A DNA stretch of 63,529 nucleotides, counting the filler, from Vannella sp. (lineage: Eukaryota): NCBI GenBank assembly GCA_023345925.1. It is 8 parts of 8 records of this genome, joined end to end, with 100 filler letters (N's around TTAATTAATTAA, not from the genome) between each part and the next. Parts side by side here need not be neighbours in the genome. Positions count along the whole stretch, not along the records: positions 37,834 to 51,201 come from JAJQQN010000207.1; positions 51,302 to 59,938 come from JAJQQN010001304.1; 6 more parts are not named here. One strand, given 5' to 3'. The position numbers and the translations under genes are program-made. This document shows positions 43,333 to 53,286 of this stretch, in pieces. The notes beneath the pieces are model-generated. The model did no database searches and was not told the origin of the DNA. It saw nothing but the letters and a program-made list of their open reading frames with translations. Each line of letters starts with the position of its first letter. Positions within the stretch are counted from its first letter, which is position 1.

Positions 43333-43738
43333 ATGAGTTCGGGCGCGTCCTCCGCCAACAACGGGTATCACAACGAGGCCATCACGCGCACGGACTTCAA
43401 GACCTTCCAGGACTTCTATCCTTTCTATCTCAACGAGCACAGCAATCGAACTAACCGACGCCTGCATGTCATCGGTTCTACTCTCGCTCTCCTCGTCATG
43501 TTCTACGTGGTCGTTACCCTCCAGTTCAAACTACTTTGGACTCCCTTCGTTGTAGGATACGGATTCGCTTGGGTAAGTTCACCCAGATCCTCAGTTCATC
43601 CTCTCACCCCTAAGAGCGCAGGTGGGGCACTTCTTCTTTGAGAAAAACAAGCCAGCCACTTTCAAGTACCCTCTTTACAGCTTCCGTGGGGACTGTAAGA
43701 TGATAGGTCAAGTCTACACAGGCAAACTGGCCTTCTGA
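43333..43738 (+). CDS. DUF962/Mpo1-like small membrane protein
   Basis: FYPFYLNEHSNRTNRRLHVIG, GYGFAW|VGHFFFEKNKPATFKYP; intron 43573-43621. Confidence 0.88.
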
Positions 43739-43833
43739 GGGTTCGTCATAAGTAAATGATTATTATCGACTTTTCGTCCCCTTCTTGACGAAACTTTCGG
43801 AGAGTTTCTCCCTTTTTTTTCAACCTTCTTGCC

Positions 43834-44356
43834 ATGAGTAAACGAGGTACGATCGGCTATCCCTAGGGTTGTAACCTTTCTCACTTTGCATGTTCAGGAG
43901 GAGGAGCTGCCAAGGGCAACAAATTCAGGATGACTTGCGGTCTCCCCGTCGCTGCCGTGATGAACTGCGCCGACAACAGTGGCGCCAAGAACCTGTACAT
44001 CATCGCTGTGTCCGGCTGGGGTGCTCGCTTGAACCGCCTTCCTAAGGCTGGTCTCGGAGATATGGTCCTCGCCACAGTCAAGAAGGGAAAGCCTGAGCTC
44101 AGGAAGAAGGTTACCCCCGCCGTCGTTGTTCGCCAGCGCAAGTCCTGGAGACGACGTGATGGTCTCGTTATCTACTTCGAGGGTAGGCAGCACCAACACA
44201 TCTCTTGTTTCATCGTCTAACAGAACCTTAGATAACGCTGGTGTTATCGTCAACAACAAGGGTGAGATGAAGGGATCCCAAGTTGCCGGACCCATCGGAA
44301 AGGAGTGTGCTGATCTCTGGCCCCGTATTGCCAGCCATGCTGGTACCGTCGTCTAA
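43834..44356 (+). CDS. RPL23: 60S ribosomal protein L23 (uL14)
   Basis: [43 protein letters not shown]; introns 43847-43897 and 44183-44231. Confidence 0.97.
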
Positions 44357-44392
44357 GAAATATACAGCCTGACGCAAATCATTTCATTCTTC

Positions 44393-46549
44393 TTAAAAAG
44401 GGATCGAGATGCGAGCACTCCTTGCAATAGTCTCTTGAAGAAGACCTTGCGCTGCATCGGTGAAGCGATTGTTGGACAAAGAAATGCTCTTCAGGTTGGC
44501 ATTCATCTGCACCAGCTCTGAGATGGACATTGCGCCAGCCATGCTGAAATTGTTTCCTTCGAGGAACAGTCTCCGCAGCGGAGTGTTGTTCTTCAGGGAG
44601 CTGCACAGAAGCGCTAAATCATGATCGGTGAAACCGTTCTGGTTGAGCAGCAGCCGCTTGATGCGAGTATCGGGAGACGACAGCAACGAGCAGATGGAAT
44701 AGCAGCCTTCTTGGCGAAGTCTGTTCCCAGACAGGTCGAGATGAGTAAGGCCGGTGTGTTCAACCAGTGCTTGGATCAACTCCGAGACGCCCTCAGGACC
44801 GGTTTCGTTCCCAGCAAGGCTCAGCTTCGTGATAGAGGAGTTGGTGCTCATGAAGGAACCTAGCTCACGCAGTCCAGCGTCCCCAATGAGGTTCATCCCC
44901 AGATCGAGGTGTTGGAGAAGCTGGTTCGAGTGGAGTGCTTTGGCCAGCTTCTTGCAGCCGCGATTGGAGATGAGGTTCAGCTTGAGGCTGAGAACAGTAA
45001 TCGATCGATTGGTAGACATCAGATCAGCAATCAGAGTAGCACCAGGGTCGCCAAGGAAGTTGGCACCAAGAAGAAGCTCCTCCAAGGAAGAGTTGGTCTT
45101 CAGCGCGGCCACCAACTCTTCGATGTTGATTTTGCCTCCAATGGAGTTGCCAGTCAAGTCAAGCACTCGAATGCTTGAAGATTGAGTCAATCCCTCCTTG
45201 ATCGTTGGGATGAAAGGGCCCAGGCCCAATCCTCGAAGGCGGAAGGACGTGATGGGTAAGTTCTCTTGTTGTAGGAGCTGATTCAGAGCGGAAGCACCCT
45301 CTTTGTCGATTTGGTTACCCCAAAGAGACGCAGAAGTGATGGAAGTGCTCTTCTGTAGACCTGTAATGAGGGAGAGAAGGCCAGCTGGCTTCAATCGGTT
45401 GCGAGAGACATCCACTTCTGTTAGAGAGCTGCTTTGAGCAAGAGAAGCAGCCAAAGCCTCTGCCCCTTCAGTGTCGATCTCGTTCTCAGCAATAGAGAAG
45501 CAACGGAGTGACTTGGACTTGGCGAGCGAAGAGGCAATCTCCAGTGCCCCCTCAGCGGTGAGGAGGTTCCATGAGAGGTCCAAGTGCGCAAGAGACTTTG
45601 AATTTCCCACCCAAGATGCCAAAGCAGCCAGGGGAGCGTTGGTGACGAGGTTGTGAGAGAAATCGGCTCTTTGAAGAGCGTCATGAGCAGCCACAGCCAC
45701 TGAGATGGAGGAGATTCCCACTGCAGTGAGCTCACACTCACGACAAGAGAGGGATGTAAGGCTCTTATTGTGCTGGAGACCAACAGAGAAGCTCCCGGCA
45801 GAGGCGTCGTCCAAACAGTTCCTGGAGACATCCAGCTCTTCCAGAGTCGTGTTGACCCTGAGCAGATCCGCCAAGGAAGTAAAAGCACCAACACTGAGGC
45901 TATTCGAGGCCAGATCGAGGCGTGTAACGGACGTGTTCTCTTGAAGGGACTTGCAGAGGTCCTGTACGCTATTCTCGAGCAATCCCATCGAGCAGAGGAC
46001 CAGAGATGCCACCGTTTTCGTGGTAGATAGTGAAGACACAAGTGCTTCTACTTGATGACGGTCCAAGTGAACTCCAGTCAGGTCGAGGCAGCGAACTGTG
46101 TTTAACCGGACACCGCGCACTATCTTCTCATACAGAGCCGTGAAGGCTTCCTGTGCAACTGTGCTGGTAACTCTACCACGCAAATGGATGACTTGGGAGT
46201 GGGAGAAGTTGAAGCTGAGCCCTGTCATGGGAGGGGGCGGTGGGATGGCCACGGCGTTGTCCCCACCTCCTGCTCGGGTGACCAGGAGAGTGTGGATATG
46301 ATCGATAGACTTTGTGACGTTATAGTTCTTCTCTGTGAGGAGCAGAAGGAGCTGGTTCTTCACCAATTGGGCTTCCTCCGTGTCCACCCCACTGTTCGCA
46401 TCATCCAGCGCCTCCTTCTTCTCCAAGAGCACCTTCAGCTCCACATCCTTCGCTTGCATCTCCTCCTTCAACCGAGCCACTTGCTTCGTGACCCGGTCGA
46501 TGATTTCCTCCTTTCCCTCCAGTTCGCTCCTCAACTTGCCCTCATCCAT
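44393..46549 (-). CDS. RI-like leucine-rich repeat protein with N-terminal coiled coil and polyproline
   Basis: Many ~28-aa repeats LxxLdLsxNxIgxxGaxxLaxxL. Confidence 0.88.
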   Translation of the reverse strand: MDEGKLRSELEGKEEIIDRVTKQVARLKEEMQAKDVELKVLLEKKEALDDANSGVDTEEAQLVKNQLLLLLTEKNYNVTKSIDHIHTLLVTRAGGGDNAVAIPPPPPMTGLSFNFSHSQVIHLRGRVTSTVAQEAFTALYEKIVRGVRLNTVRCLDLTGVHLDRHQVEALVSSLSTTKTVASLVLCSMGLLENSVQDLCKSLQENTSVTRLDLASNSLSVGAFTSLADLLRVNTTLEELDVSRNCLDDASAGSFSVGLQHNKSLTSLSCRECELTAVGISSISVAVAAHDALQRADFSHNLVTNAPLAALASWVGNSKSLAHLDLSWNLLTAEGALEIASSLAKSKSLRCFSIAENEIDTEGAEALAASLAQSSSLTEVDVSRNRLKPAGLLSLITGLQKSTSITSASLWGNQIDKEGASALNQLLQQENLPITSFRLRGLGLGPFIPTIKEGLTQSSSIRVLDLTGNSIGGKINIEELVAALKTNSSLEELLLGANFLGDPGATLIADLMSTNRSITVLSLKLNLISNRGCKKLAKALHSNQLLQHLDLGMNLIGDAGLRELGSFMSTNSSITKLSLAGNETGPEGVSELIQALVEHTGLTHLDLSGNRLRQEGCYSICSLLSSPDTRIKRLLLNQNGFTDHDLALLCSSLKNNTPLRRLFLEGNNFSMAGAMSISELVQMNANLKSISLSNNRFTDAAQGLLQETIARSARISIPF

Positions 46550-46633
46550 GACCGAGACACCCACAAATGACTTTCCTCCAACATTTATTACAAAATCGAG
46601 TTTTTGGAGCCATTTTCTGGCGGTCTGCTGTCG

Positions 46634-48335
46634 ATGGCGCTTCTTCGTCCTTTGCGTTTGAGCTCGGCCGTGTGGACTCGTGGGCTGGTGCCATTACCAC
46701 AGTCTTTGGTCTCTCCTATGGGGAGGCAATACATGCGGTCGTTCTGCTCTCAAGATGACGGTATGTGATGGGGGTGCTGGTTTGTGTTCGGCGTTATGTG
46801 GTTCCTCTCTCTGTTGGTGAGGCTAATGTAGGGTCAGATATCTTTCAAGTACGCTTATCTGTCCTTGGTGTTGGTGGTGCTGGTACCAATGCAGTGAACA
46901 CGATGATCAACAAGGAGCTATCTGGTAGGCCGCTTCGTGGCTCCTGGGCTGGTCTTCTCTTACCTCTCCCTCGCCAGATTTACACTTCCTGGTAGCGAAT
47001 ACGGACGCACAGTCCCTCATGACCTCTGCTTGCCCTGAGAAGGACCGCATTCAGATAGGAAGCGAGCTCACCAAGTGCCTTGGAGCGGGCGCCAACCCCG
47101 ATATTGGTCGACAGGCAGCTGAAGCAGACCTAGACGAGATTGTCAAGCAAGTGGGAGAGACCAACATGTGCTTCATTGCGGCGGGGATGGGTGGAGGCAC
47201 TGGAACGGGAGCAGCACCAGTGATTGCCAAGGCATTGAAGGACAAAGGGATCCTCACCATTGGAATGGTCTGCATGCCGTTCCGCTTCGAAGGCAAGCGC
47301 AAGATGGCACTTGCATTGGAAGGAATCAAAGCAATGCAGGGCGCAGTGGACACTTTAATCGTCGTCCAGAACGAGCGGCTTCTCCTCACCATCAACGAGA
47401 GCATGAAGGGCAACGCTAAGCGCGTTTCTTTGAAGGATTCCTTCAAGATGGTCGATGACATCTTCTACGAAGGCATTAAGGCAGTTACAGACGTTATCAT
47501 CAAGCCAGGACTTATCAATCTTGATTTCGCGGACGTTCGCACCATCACCGAAGGACCAGGATGGGGAATCATGGGGACTGGATTTGCGGAGGGCCATGGG
47601 AAGGCTGAAGTGGCCACTATCGCAGCCCTGAACAATCCTCTCTTATCAGATACTTCCAAGAAAAACGCTACTGGCGTTTTGGTGAGCATCACTGGAGGAC
47701 CAGACATGGCTATTCTTGAAGTTGATGAGATTCTCCGCCTCATTCGGCAGGAGGTCAGTGAAGATGCGAATGTCATCTTCGGTGCCACTTGTGATACGGA
47801 GTTGAAGGGAGCAATCCGTGTATCTCTTATTCTCACTGGCCCATATGAATCCGAGACACCAGTGTACCGCCCGATGGAGGAGGTGACTGAGCAAGTCAAA
47901 GTGACTGAAACGCCTTCAGAACGAGTCAATCCGGCGCCAGTTATTTCCCAAGCACCTCCCTCTCAGAGCCCAAAGAGAGAAAGCCCCCCTCTTCGTAATG
48001 CTCAGGTATTCCATGTTAATTCTGAGGGAATGGAGCCTTTAAACAGCTTGAATTCCGCTCCCACCTCAACTCCTCAACTGAAAGAGCATGTCGCATCCGG
48101 ACTGGAGTCTGAAGACAAGCAAGTCTCGCAGCCAATACAGATCCAAAGAGAAGACAATACTCAAGCTGCAGAGAACGCTTCAGTCCAACCACTTTCTATC
48201 CCGAAGTCTGAAGCCCCTTCCGCCAGCCAACCGAAAGAGAATGTTGTTCCCATTGCCTCAGCAGGAACTCCAGATTCTCAGAAGGCGCCTCCCAAGGTAG
48301 AGACTACCTCTTGGTGGTCCAACAAGTGGTATTAA
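46634..48335 (+). CDS. ftsZ: Nuclear-encoded mitochondrial-type FtsZ, three exons
   Basis: Arg-rich presequence exon; introns 46761-46831 and 46925-46977; GVGGAGTNAVN, GMGGGTGTG, PFRFEG, GLINLDFADV. Confidence 0.92.
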
Positions 48336-48630
48336 GAGATTCCCGACGAATTTACAGTACCTCTAACGGCTTTTTCTCCTTTTTGTCCACTCGATTGATT
48401 TAAACTCTTTTCCAAAGCCTTGCTGGAACCTGCTTTCTTGATTGCATTGTGACCGAACCTCTTCTCTCTTTGTTATTCGTACAAAACCTCATCAATTCTC
48501 ACTTGGTGAGAGTTCCTGTTCCATTCCCGCTTTGTAGATGAGATGGAGAAGAGTTCCGATTCTTCCTCCTTAGTCCCCTTTAAGCTCGCTTTGTGATCTT
48601 TCAGTTACTTTTATCGTCTCACTTTGTTGC

Positions 48631-50632
48631 TCAAGCTAGATTGAAGGCAGAGGGCGAAGGAGTGTCGGTGAGGGACTTGCTGGGAGTGAACTTGAAGAAG
48701 GAGAAAAGGCTGCGTTGGTGGGGACCTTCAGATGCTCGCCTATTCACTTTCTTCTCTTCTGATTTGATCTTCTTGGGAACAGTTGTGGGCCCTAAGCTGT
48801 TCCGCTTGCGCTTTTGGCCGACATTATTGGAGTTGGAGAGAGAAGGTGACTTGCTCAACTGATTCTCCTGAGAGCTACTTCCACCCTCTGGCTGGAAATC
48901 TTGGCGGAATGCGTCTCTTTCTCTTTTGATTTCACGCTCTATCCAATCTTGCTGATTGAGGAAGATACAGTCCACGGAGTCAACATCAAAGTGAGTTTCT
49001 TCCCTTTTTTCCCCTTCTTGGTCTCGCCCGAGGCTTTCACATTTTTCCTCCTTCACCAGAGCTCCAATTTTCATATCCTTTGCATTATCTTGGGAGCTGG
49101 ACACGCTGGGATTAAGAGTCTCTGGCAGGAGTTCCATCTCAGGGACAATAGTGCATTCTGATGGTTCGCAAACGGAGTCTGCTGAAGATTGCGACTCTAA
49201 CTGAGCATGAATAGGAGCAGGTGGATTGCAAGATGTCTCGTCGAGGAGAATTTGGTCAAAAGCATCATCGTCCATCCCCTCAAACCAGTCCAATGCCATC
49301 TCCTGCTTGAGGAAGGGGGTTGGCACTGCAGTCGAATCACAATGGACCTTAATAGGCTCTTTCTTGACCTGGTCAACAGGTGCAGGCTCGCTCTTACCGA
49401 AGCCGAAATAGGACAAAAGAGAGATTCCCTCTTTCTTCGATTCTGGTTTCTTGTAAAGTTCCGCAAGCATTTGCTTCATTGAGTCAGCCAACGAACTTCT
49501 CATTAACATTACCTACTTTGATTTTGTGAGGAGAACTGCCATTCACAGTAGGAAGGATCTCTTCTGGCTGGAGCCATTGCACAAACTCTCGAAGTTCGTT
49601 CACACTGGAGTGTTCCGAGTAGGGAATGGAGTAAACCGTATTCTTTCCATAGTTTGCGGCCTCTTTCTTTCCTTGAGACCATCCAGTGGGCTTAAAACCC
49701 ACAATCCGGTCAAATCTGTGAGCCATTCGTGACGAAAGAGCGGTTATCTCTTTGTACCCAAGCATGCGCATGGGGACTACGTGAATGAAACTCTCATCAG
49801 GATGTAACGTTAGGAGCTCCTGATTGACATCTATGTGGCGCAGAACCTCGTACTTGTCCGGCATACAAAATACTTTTGTCCCAAACTCTTCTGCTGCTCG
49901 TAGGAAGACTCTCTCCTTCCCAATTGTGTATGAGCCTACTACAAACAGAGTTTTGGGCTTCCTCTCTCTCCTCATAATCTCCAAAGCGCTCTCGATAGCC
50001 TCATCTTGTGGGGGGAAGGAGTAAGAGTCATCACAGTAAGTCGTGTCCAAGTAGAGTGTCTTCACCCTGATTCCCTGCAGTTCTGGATAGAGTTTCATCT
50101 TTGGATGGTACCTCATATCACCAGTATGCAGCTGGTACTCCCCCTTGAGCTTGAAGAGGAAAAGGGCCGCGCCGGGACAGTGATTAGCCTCCAGCAACGT
50201 CACTGTCAGCCCAGGCTCTTCGGGAATAGAGACTTCACAATTCACTTCCCTATGTGAGCCTCTAAGACCTTCAGATAGCACACCACTCACTAGGAAGGAT
50301 AAAAACGCACTCCGGGTTAACCTTCAGCTTACTGATTACCAGCCGGGCAGTGAACAGAGTAGCATCTAGACCTTCCCTCAGCACACAGAACACCTCTTAC
50401 ACCCAGAGGCCCTCTTACAGATAGGAGACGGCTGCTTATATGAAGAACGAAGTCCCCCGTAATGATCCGAATGGAAGTGAGTGAGGAAGTACGCCGAATG
50501 AAGCGGTGACTGAGAAGTGAACGCATCCACTACACACCGAGTCCCTGTCACCCTCTTACAAGCCGGAGTCTCCCGAGGAGGCTTCTTAGCGCCCAAAACA
50601 GCCCCTCCTGCCGCCCCCAGCTTCGGAGGCAT
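48631..50632 (-). CDS. SNM1/PSO2 (DCLRE1A-like) beta-CASP DNA cross-link repair nuclease, multi-exon
   Basis: FLTHFHSDHYGGL, EANHCPGA, LHTGDMR, LYLDTTY, YTIGKER, IPYSEHSS; PIP box QRSLFSFF. Confidence 0.9.
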
Positions 50633-50718
50633 CCCAAATAATGCATTTCCCCGCCCTTGGAAGCACAATACCTCTCCTGGACCTCCCAAAAGCCTCATTT
50701 CCTCTTCTCCGTGAGAGA

Positions 50719-51129
50719 ATGGCAGTCGACCGCGTCTTGCTCGTGGCGGCGGTCCACGCGTTCCTTGTTGCTGTGCCGGCGTTGTTGTTCCCTTCTTTGG
50801 GCTATGCGTTGCTTCTGACAGATCCCTTTGAGAGGCTGTGTGGTGGGGAGGGAGAGGGAGCATTGCTTTGCGGTCATTTGTTCCAGTTTGTTCTTTTCCT
50901 GGTGTTTGGATACGCATCTGGCTACCTGTACGCTGCTTTGCATGCCCCTCAGAAAGGCATGCTTCTTGCAGGTGCGCTGGGTAAGTTCTTGGCGTTCCTG
51001 GGGATCGTGCAAATGCACCAAGACGGAGTTATGACCTTTTTCGCCCTCCTCGTGGGTGTCATCGACCTGCTCTTCTCTCTTTATTACTCCTTCCTGTTCC
51101 TTTCTCCCTCAAAACCAAAGAAAGAGTAA
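50719..51129 (+). CDS. Small multi-pass membrane protein
   Basis: About four hydrophobic segments in 136 aa; C-terminal KPKKE. Confidence 0.7.
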   Translation: MAVDRVLLVAAVHAFLVAVPALLFPSLGYALLLTDPFERLCGGEGEGALLCGHLFQFVLFLVFGYASGYLYAALHAPQKGMLLAGALGKFLAFLGIVQMHQDGVMTFFALLVGVIDLLFSLYYSFLFLSPSKPKKE

Positions 51130-51301
51130 ATCCGCTGGCATTAGACCCCTCTAAACCAGATTTCTCGCGAATTCACTCAGACTGTTTTCGTCCTGGGGCG
51201 CNNNNNNNNNNNNNNNNNNNNNNNNNNNNNNNNNNNNNNNNNNNNTTAATTAATTAANNNNNNNNNNNNNNNNNNNNNNNNNNNNNNNNNNNNNNNNNNN
51301 N

Positions 51302-53209
51302 GTCATTGCTCCCGTCAATCTGCGGAAAGGCTCACTTTTGGACTCCAAACTCGAGTATTTGGGAGAAGTGACACTCACTCGTGAACAGTTGGAGGAGCAT
51401 ATCACTCTGCACAAAGTACTTGAATATCTATCAAGCCAAACATCCACACCATTGCAAGCTATTTTAGAGCAATTGTACAAGGGAGGAGACGAAAGCGAGT
51501 TTGTTTATCTCACGTTTCTTGCTGAGTGGCCACTTGATAAGCTGAAGGAGGCATTACGAACCCCAACACCGCTCCTCTTCAGAGATCCTGAATTGGTCCA
51601 ACAAATCAAGAACCGGTTGATTTGGATAACGCCTGATCGAATCCCTGTGGAAGAAAAAAAAGGACTTTGGTATGCGGAAGGCGTAGATCTTGATCGAGGA
51701 CCCTTTTCAGAGACAGCCAAGGGTACTTCCCACGAATGGTACAAGCAACACTTCAAATTGAGTGAGGAGACCGTCCCCAATCAGCCTCTTATCTGGATCA
51801 AGAGAGTTATAAGCGCCAACAGTTACGCTGACAGCAAGCCCAAGAATTATTGGAAAGAATCGCGAGCTCTGAGTGCCATTCCCCAACATTGCAGCCTTTT
51901 CCCGTCACAATGGCAGTCCCTCCAACTCCTTCCAACTCTCATGTGGGAACTGAACCATCTGATGGCAGTTCAGGATTTCTTGTCGTCGCTTTACAGCGAA
52001 TGCCCAGAGCTGCAAAAAGCTGTGGAAGAGACGCCATTTGAGAGTGCTTCTGCTCTGCTCGAGAAACTGGGCAACGATGAAAGTCCTTTGGAAAGGGAAG
52101 ACACAACCATTCTGCTCCTGCAAATGGCATTCACTGCTCCGTCCGCAAGTGAATCCTTCAATTATGAGCTTTTGGAGACACTGGGGGACAGCTTCTTGAA
52201 GTTTGAAAGCTCTCTGTTCATGTATCATCGCTATCCTGAATATCAGGAAGGTGCATTAACCACTGGAAGAAGTTTCGAAATCTGCAACGACAATCTCCAG
52301 AAATTGGCCTTTAAAAAGGAGCTGCACCTCCATCTGATGGATCGTTACTTGGGAAAGCTCTCATTCTGTCCTTTACCCAGCGATCTTCCTTCCAAGCGCC
52401 TGGCAGATGTGGCGGAGGCTCTCATTGGCGTTTTCTTCTTGGTTGGAGGCAAAAAAGGTGCGCGCGAGTTTCTTCAATGGATTGGTGTTCAAATCTCTTT
52501 CCCTCCCATACAACAAGAGATTTCAGGATCTCTTGAAGATAACATGAGGATTGGGTTTAAATCTATGGTCACCCATGATCAAATCAATGCCGAGCTAGAC
52601 TATGAGCCGAAAGATGTTTCCCTCTTCAAAAAGGCTCTGACTCATTGTTCCGTATCAGATTCCAACGGACGACTCGAGTTTTTGGGGGATGCAGTCCTGG
52701 AGTTTTTGGTGACTCAATTCTTCTTCAACAAGTACTCCAGTGAGCTGAGCCCACGCACACTCACCCTCATGCGGTCGGCGACCGTCTGCAATTCCACTTT
52801 TGCACTTGCTGCAGGACTAGGTGGCTTCCACAAAATGGTCAAGTATAACTCGAGTGAAGTGGAAACGCAGTTAGCTGCCTTTGGCGAGTACGTCAAGTCT
52901 GCTTCCGAAATAACAATCGGAGATCGCTATCAATCCAAAATCGTTGCTGGTGTGTTCGAAGCATTGGCAGGAGCGGTATTCCTTGACAGTGGAGAGAGCA
53001 CCGACCAGGTTTGGAAGAGCTTCTACCCATTACTTGAGTGGGAGCTGTGTGGGTTAACCCTGCAAACCGTCCAACAGCATCCAACTTCCACTTTGCACGA
53101 GATAATCAAAAAGCTCTCTCCAAAGAAGAAAACTCAATCTGCCTTCATCTGTTTAGCCAATCAAGAGGCCCTGGCTCGTTGCACCAGCCCTGCGGTGAAG
53201 AGCTATTAG
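51302..53209 (+). CDS. Dicer-like protein (PAZ-like region, connector, tandem RNase IIIa/IIIb); 5' truncated
   Basis: NYELLETLGDSFLKF...KRLADVAEALIG and RLEFLGDAVLEF...KIVAGVFEALAGAVFLDSG; frame open to the contig edge. Confidence 0.9.
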   Translation, partial: VIAPVNLRKGSLLDSKLEYLGEVTLTREQLEEHITLHKVLEYLSSQTSTPLQAILEQLYKGGDESEFVYLTFLAEWPLDKLKEALRTPTPLLFRDPELVQQIKNRLIWITPDRIPVEEKKGLWYAEGVDLDRGPFSETAKGTSHEWYKQHFKLSEETVPNQPLIWIKRVISANSYADSKPKNYWKESRALSAIPQHCSLFPSQWQSLQLLPTLMWELNHLMAVQDFLSSLYSECPELQKAVEETPFESASALLEKLGNDESPLEREDTTILLLQMAFTAPSASESFNYELLETLGDSFLKFESSLFMYHRYPEYQEGALTTGRSFEICNDNLQKLAFKKELHLHLMDRYLGKLSFCPLPSDLPSKRLADVAEALIGVFFLVGGKKGAREFLQWIGVQISFPPIQQEISGSLEDNMRIGFKSMVTHDQINAELDYEPKDVSLFKKALTHCSVSDSNGRLEFLGDAVLEFLVTQFFFNKYSSELSPRTLTLMRSATVCNSTFALAAGLGGFHKMVKYNSSEVETQLAAFGEYVKSASEITIGDRYQSKIVAGVFEALAGAVFLDSGESTDQVWKSFYPLLEWELCGLTLQTVQQHPTSTLHEIIKKLSPKKKTQSAFICLANQEALARCTSPAVKSY

Positions 53210-53286
53210 CCTCCAACATCAGCCCTCTGCGGGTCTTTGCTTTCACACTGTTTATTAATGTATACAAGTGGCAACCTTCTGTTTAC

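Noticed and set aside
46634..48335. FtsZ as bacterial contamination or an endosymbiont contig
   Set aside because: It has spliceosomal introns and a targeting peptide, and shares a contig with RPL23 and SNM1
37834..53209. Physical linkage of the hairpin element and the Dicer-like gene as one locus
   Set aside because: They are on different contigs separated by a linker, so adjacency is not informative
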